Shown: piece by piece, positions 42,984-44,935 of the stretch
Layout of the letters: the number at the start of each line of letters is the position of its first letter
Position numbering within the stretch: the stretch's first letter is position 1
Origin: a virus
Lineage: Duplodnaviria; Caudoviricetes
Strand: one strand, 5' to 3'
IMG/VR virus record: IMGVR_UViG_3300047313_000006
Location: 1-44,935 of that record
Length of the DNA: 44,935 nt
Translations under genes and position numbers: made by a program
Notes under the pieces: model-generated
What the model was told of the DNA's origin: nothing
The model's input: the letters and a program-made list of their open reading frames with translations, nothing else
Database searches by the model: none

Positions 42984-43706
42984 TCATTCGACCCTCAAAT
43001 GATACCCGCGCGGGAGCAACCTGGCGCCCGGGATCGTGGCCGGCACCGTTCCGTCGCCCTTGCATCGTGGACAATCCTGGATTTCCAGTTCTGCGTCCAA
43101 TTGATCCACAATGCGCTTGCGGGAGCCCTTGCATTCCGGGCAGGGTACGGTCTGCTTCAGGACCTTGCGGATGGCGTCAGTATCGGCCTGGATTGCCTTG
43201 GCGCTCGGGATATGAATATTTTTCTTCGTGCACACTTCTACAAATTCCTGCCAGAGAGCTAGTGGGATGGCGCATAACGCCAGGAGATATTTCTCCTCCA
43301 GTTCTCCCACTTCAGATTCAACGGGCTCATATCCTCCATTCGCCTGTACCCGGAGTCGATGTTCTGCGGTTTCCAGAACCCTTACCCGGTGATCCTGCAT
43401 GGCCCTGAGTGTTGCGGCTTTAATGCGTTTGGCGGTATTCTCCAAGGATTCGGCACGTTCCTTCATCCGCTTGGCTTCCGAGAGCGCCTGGGCCGCAGCA
43501 GCTTCATAGGAATGGATTGCTTCCGCGATGCCGTTTACTTTACGGACTTCACGGGTGAAGTAATCGGAGAGCGCCTGGTCGATAGCTTCGAGCTCGGCTG
43601 GCGGCGCGCCTTCTTCGGTAGCGGAATCCCGCATCCGCAGGAGTTCGAGCAATTCATGCTCGATTTCGTAAAGGCTCAATGATTTAAAAGGGGACGTCGT
43701 CATCAT
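42984..43706 (-). CDS. Siphovirus Gp157-family protein with a Zn-ribbon insertion
   Basis: SLYEIE, KVNGIA, EAKRMKERAESLEN, RLRVQANGG and IPGARLLPRGYHLRVE motifs. Confidence 0.8.
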   Translation of the reverse strand: MMTTSPFKSLSLYEIEHELLELLRMRDSATEEGAPPAELEAIDQALSDYFTREVRKVNGIAEAIHSYEAAAAQALSEAKRMKERAESLENTAKRIKAATLRAMQDHRVRVLETAEHRLRVQANGGYEPVESEVGELEEKYLLALCAIPLALWQEFVEVCTKKNIHIPSAKAIQADTDAIRKVLKQTVPCPECKGSRKRIVDQLDAELEIQDCPRCKGDGTVPATIPGARLLPRGYHLRVE

Positions 43707-44241
43707 TGGCCTCGAATACGTTTGGCGGCATTTCTTCAACCGGGGGCCGTTGTTTGGGCTGTGAGATTGGAGCCGGCACCGGAGCTGCAGTCTTGCGATC
43801 CTTGACACGCACATACCCATCCATCACCAGTGGCGGCATGCCCCGCGGGAGCTTCATTACAGCACCCAAATTGGCGAAGGTGCCGCCCTGACTTCCCTTA
43901 TTGTGGACAATCGAAATCATGCATGGCGCGCCGACGACCGTCTCTAAATCGAAAGCTACTTCCTCATCGAAAGTGAAGTCTCGGCCGCGCCAGCTCACCA
44001 GATGCAATCGCAACTTGGCTTTTTCATCGAGAGAGGCGGTATAGTCTTGCTTGATCAGATACCGCTTGCCATCTGAGTCGGTTTCATCTATCTGCCAAAC
44101 CAAGCGGACGACATGGCGCTCCCGCTCCTTGCCGTTCCAGGTGCTCGTCTGCTTGCCGAGGTCTATTTCATCAACGCACACGGCAGAAAATGTACCCTCG
44201 GGGGCGGTGGGGAATCTTTCATCTGGCTTCTTAACAATCAT
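43684..44241 (-). CDS. Putative single-stranded DNA-binding (OB-fold) protein
   Basis: APEGTFSAVCVDEIDLGKQ, SLDEKAKLR and VGAPCMISIVH motifs; acidic tail DDDVPF. Confidence 0.75.
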   Translation of the reverse strand: MIVKKPDERFPTAPEGTFSAVCVDEIDLGKQTSTWNGKERERHVVRLVWQIDETDSDGKRYLIKQDYTASLDEKAKLRLHLVSWRGRDFTFDEEVAFDLETVVGAPCMISIVHNKGSQGGTFANLGAVMKLPRGMPPLVMDGYVRVKDRKTAAPVPAPISQPKQRPPVEEMPPNVFEANDDDVPF

Positions 44242-44729
44242 GGTAGTCTTTCCTCCTGTTTTTTGGGACCCGTTTTGTATTTGGTCCGGGTTAGAATTTC
44301 GGGAGTACTCAACCCCCGATAGAATCTGTCCTGCAAACTCCCATAAGGTATCGCAAGATGGCGTGACCATTCGGCCATGTTCATCGTCAGGCCATCATGT
44401 GTGAGTTTGATATTACTACGCCTGTTGCGAGATTGTTCTTCGCGCGTGGCCCAGACACAATTTGAAGGCTCATAGTTTCCATCATTGTTTTCGCGCTCTA
44501 TCGAATGCTTAGGAGTGGGCCGCTTGCCCATATCCTCCAAGAACCTTGAGAATGAATCTCTCCACTCAGCGCAAACCGTTATCCCACGGCCGCCGTAGTC
44601 CTTGAATAGCGGATACTCTGGGTTGAGGCACCTGCGCTTCATTGCGCACCATACGGCATATTCAGGCGTGCGGGATAAATTGCCCTGCGCTCCAACCCGA
44701 GGCCCGTTCTTTGGGTAGCCCTTGGGCAT
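44238..44729 (-). CDS. HNH homing-endonuclease-like protein
   Basis: YAVWCAMKRRC, YGGRGITVCAEW and SIERENNDGNYEPSNCVWAT motifs. Confidence 0.9.
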   Translation of the reverse strand: MPKGYPKNGPRVGAQGNLSRTPEYAVWCAMKRRCLNPEYPLFKDYGGRGITVCAEWRDSFSRFLEDMGKRPTPKHSIERENNDGNYEPSNCVWATREEQSRNRRSNIKLTHDGLTMNMAEWSRHLAIPYGSLQDRFYRGLSTPEILTRTKYKTGPKKQEERLP

Positions 44730-44935
44730 TAGCTGGCCTTGGCAACTTCCGTCCAGATGAACTTTTCATCTACTTTGCGCCATCCCTGTACCTCGGAGCG
44801 AACACTCTTTAGAACCTCATGCTTGCAATAAGAGTGCAGGAGTTCCGCGGTTTTTTCTTCATCCTCGATCGCACACTCGGTCTTGGCCGACATGAAAAAT
44901 CCGCGTGATTCATACCGAAGCTCGGGTCCAGCTAC
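44729..44935 (-). CDS. 3' part of the junction-spanning hypothetical gene that starts at 253
   Basis: In frame with the 1-253 segment; its TAA overlaps the ATG of the HNH gene (TAATG). Confidence 0.8.
   Translation of the reverse strand, partial: VAGPELRYESRGFFMSAKTECAIEDEEKTAELLHSYCKHEVLKSVRSEVQGWRKVDEKFIWTEVAKAS
44809..44935. repeat. 127-bp terminal direct repeat, right copy
   Basis: Identical to 1-127. Confidence 0.97.

Noticed and set aside
44809-44935. 127-bp terminal repeat as a biological direct terminal repeat
   Set aside because: 127 is a common assembler k-mer length and the repeat falls inside a gene, so it is most likely a circularisation overlap.
1-44935. tRNA genes, attP/integrase and stop-codon reassignment
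   Set aside because: No cloverleaf or recombinase motifs noticed by eye, and core genes are intact in the standard code using all three stop codons. A tRNAscan run would still be needed.

Overview
This window is a complete circular genome of a tailed phage with P22-like (podovirus) morphogenesis genes. It is about 44,808 bp unique: bases 1-127 repeat at 44809-44935 and a gene reads through the junction. Back-to-back sigma70-type promoters at about 1240-1304 separate two arms. The leftward early arm (minus strand, 1234 to 1 and 44935 to 40982) carries an HNH-type nuclease, an HNH endonuclease, an SSB-like protein, a Gp157-like protein and small ORFs. The rightward arm carries RHH regulators, a VRR-NUC nuclease, two DNA methyltransferases, a radical SAM protein, terminase, portal, scaffold, coat, gp4/gp10-like tail genes, a GNAT protein, three ejection proteins, several fibre-like proteins, a SleB-type endolysin and membrane proteins. 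No integrase, CI-type repressor, helicase, primase or polymerase is recognisable. Four observations stand out. (1) Nine proteins of the structural region, including the one in the tailspike slot and a clear tail-fibre protein, carry Sec-type signal peptides, mostly with Gln at +1, and some carry cohesin-like or dockerin-like modules. (2) A roughly 355-nt highly structured RNA-like element with GAAA tetraloops lies at 5774-6128, where a replication module might be expected. (3) An Ig-like domain appears split across two genes around a cohesin-like domain. (4) An 8-bp tandem repeat sits at the start of a fibre gene. All family calls come from motif recognition by eye, not database searches; the host (possibly Acidobacteriota) is an inference.
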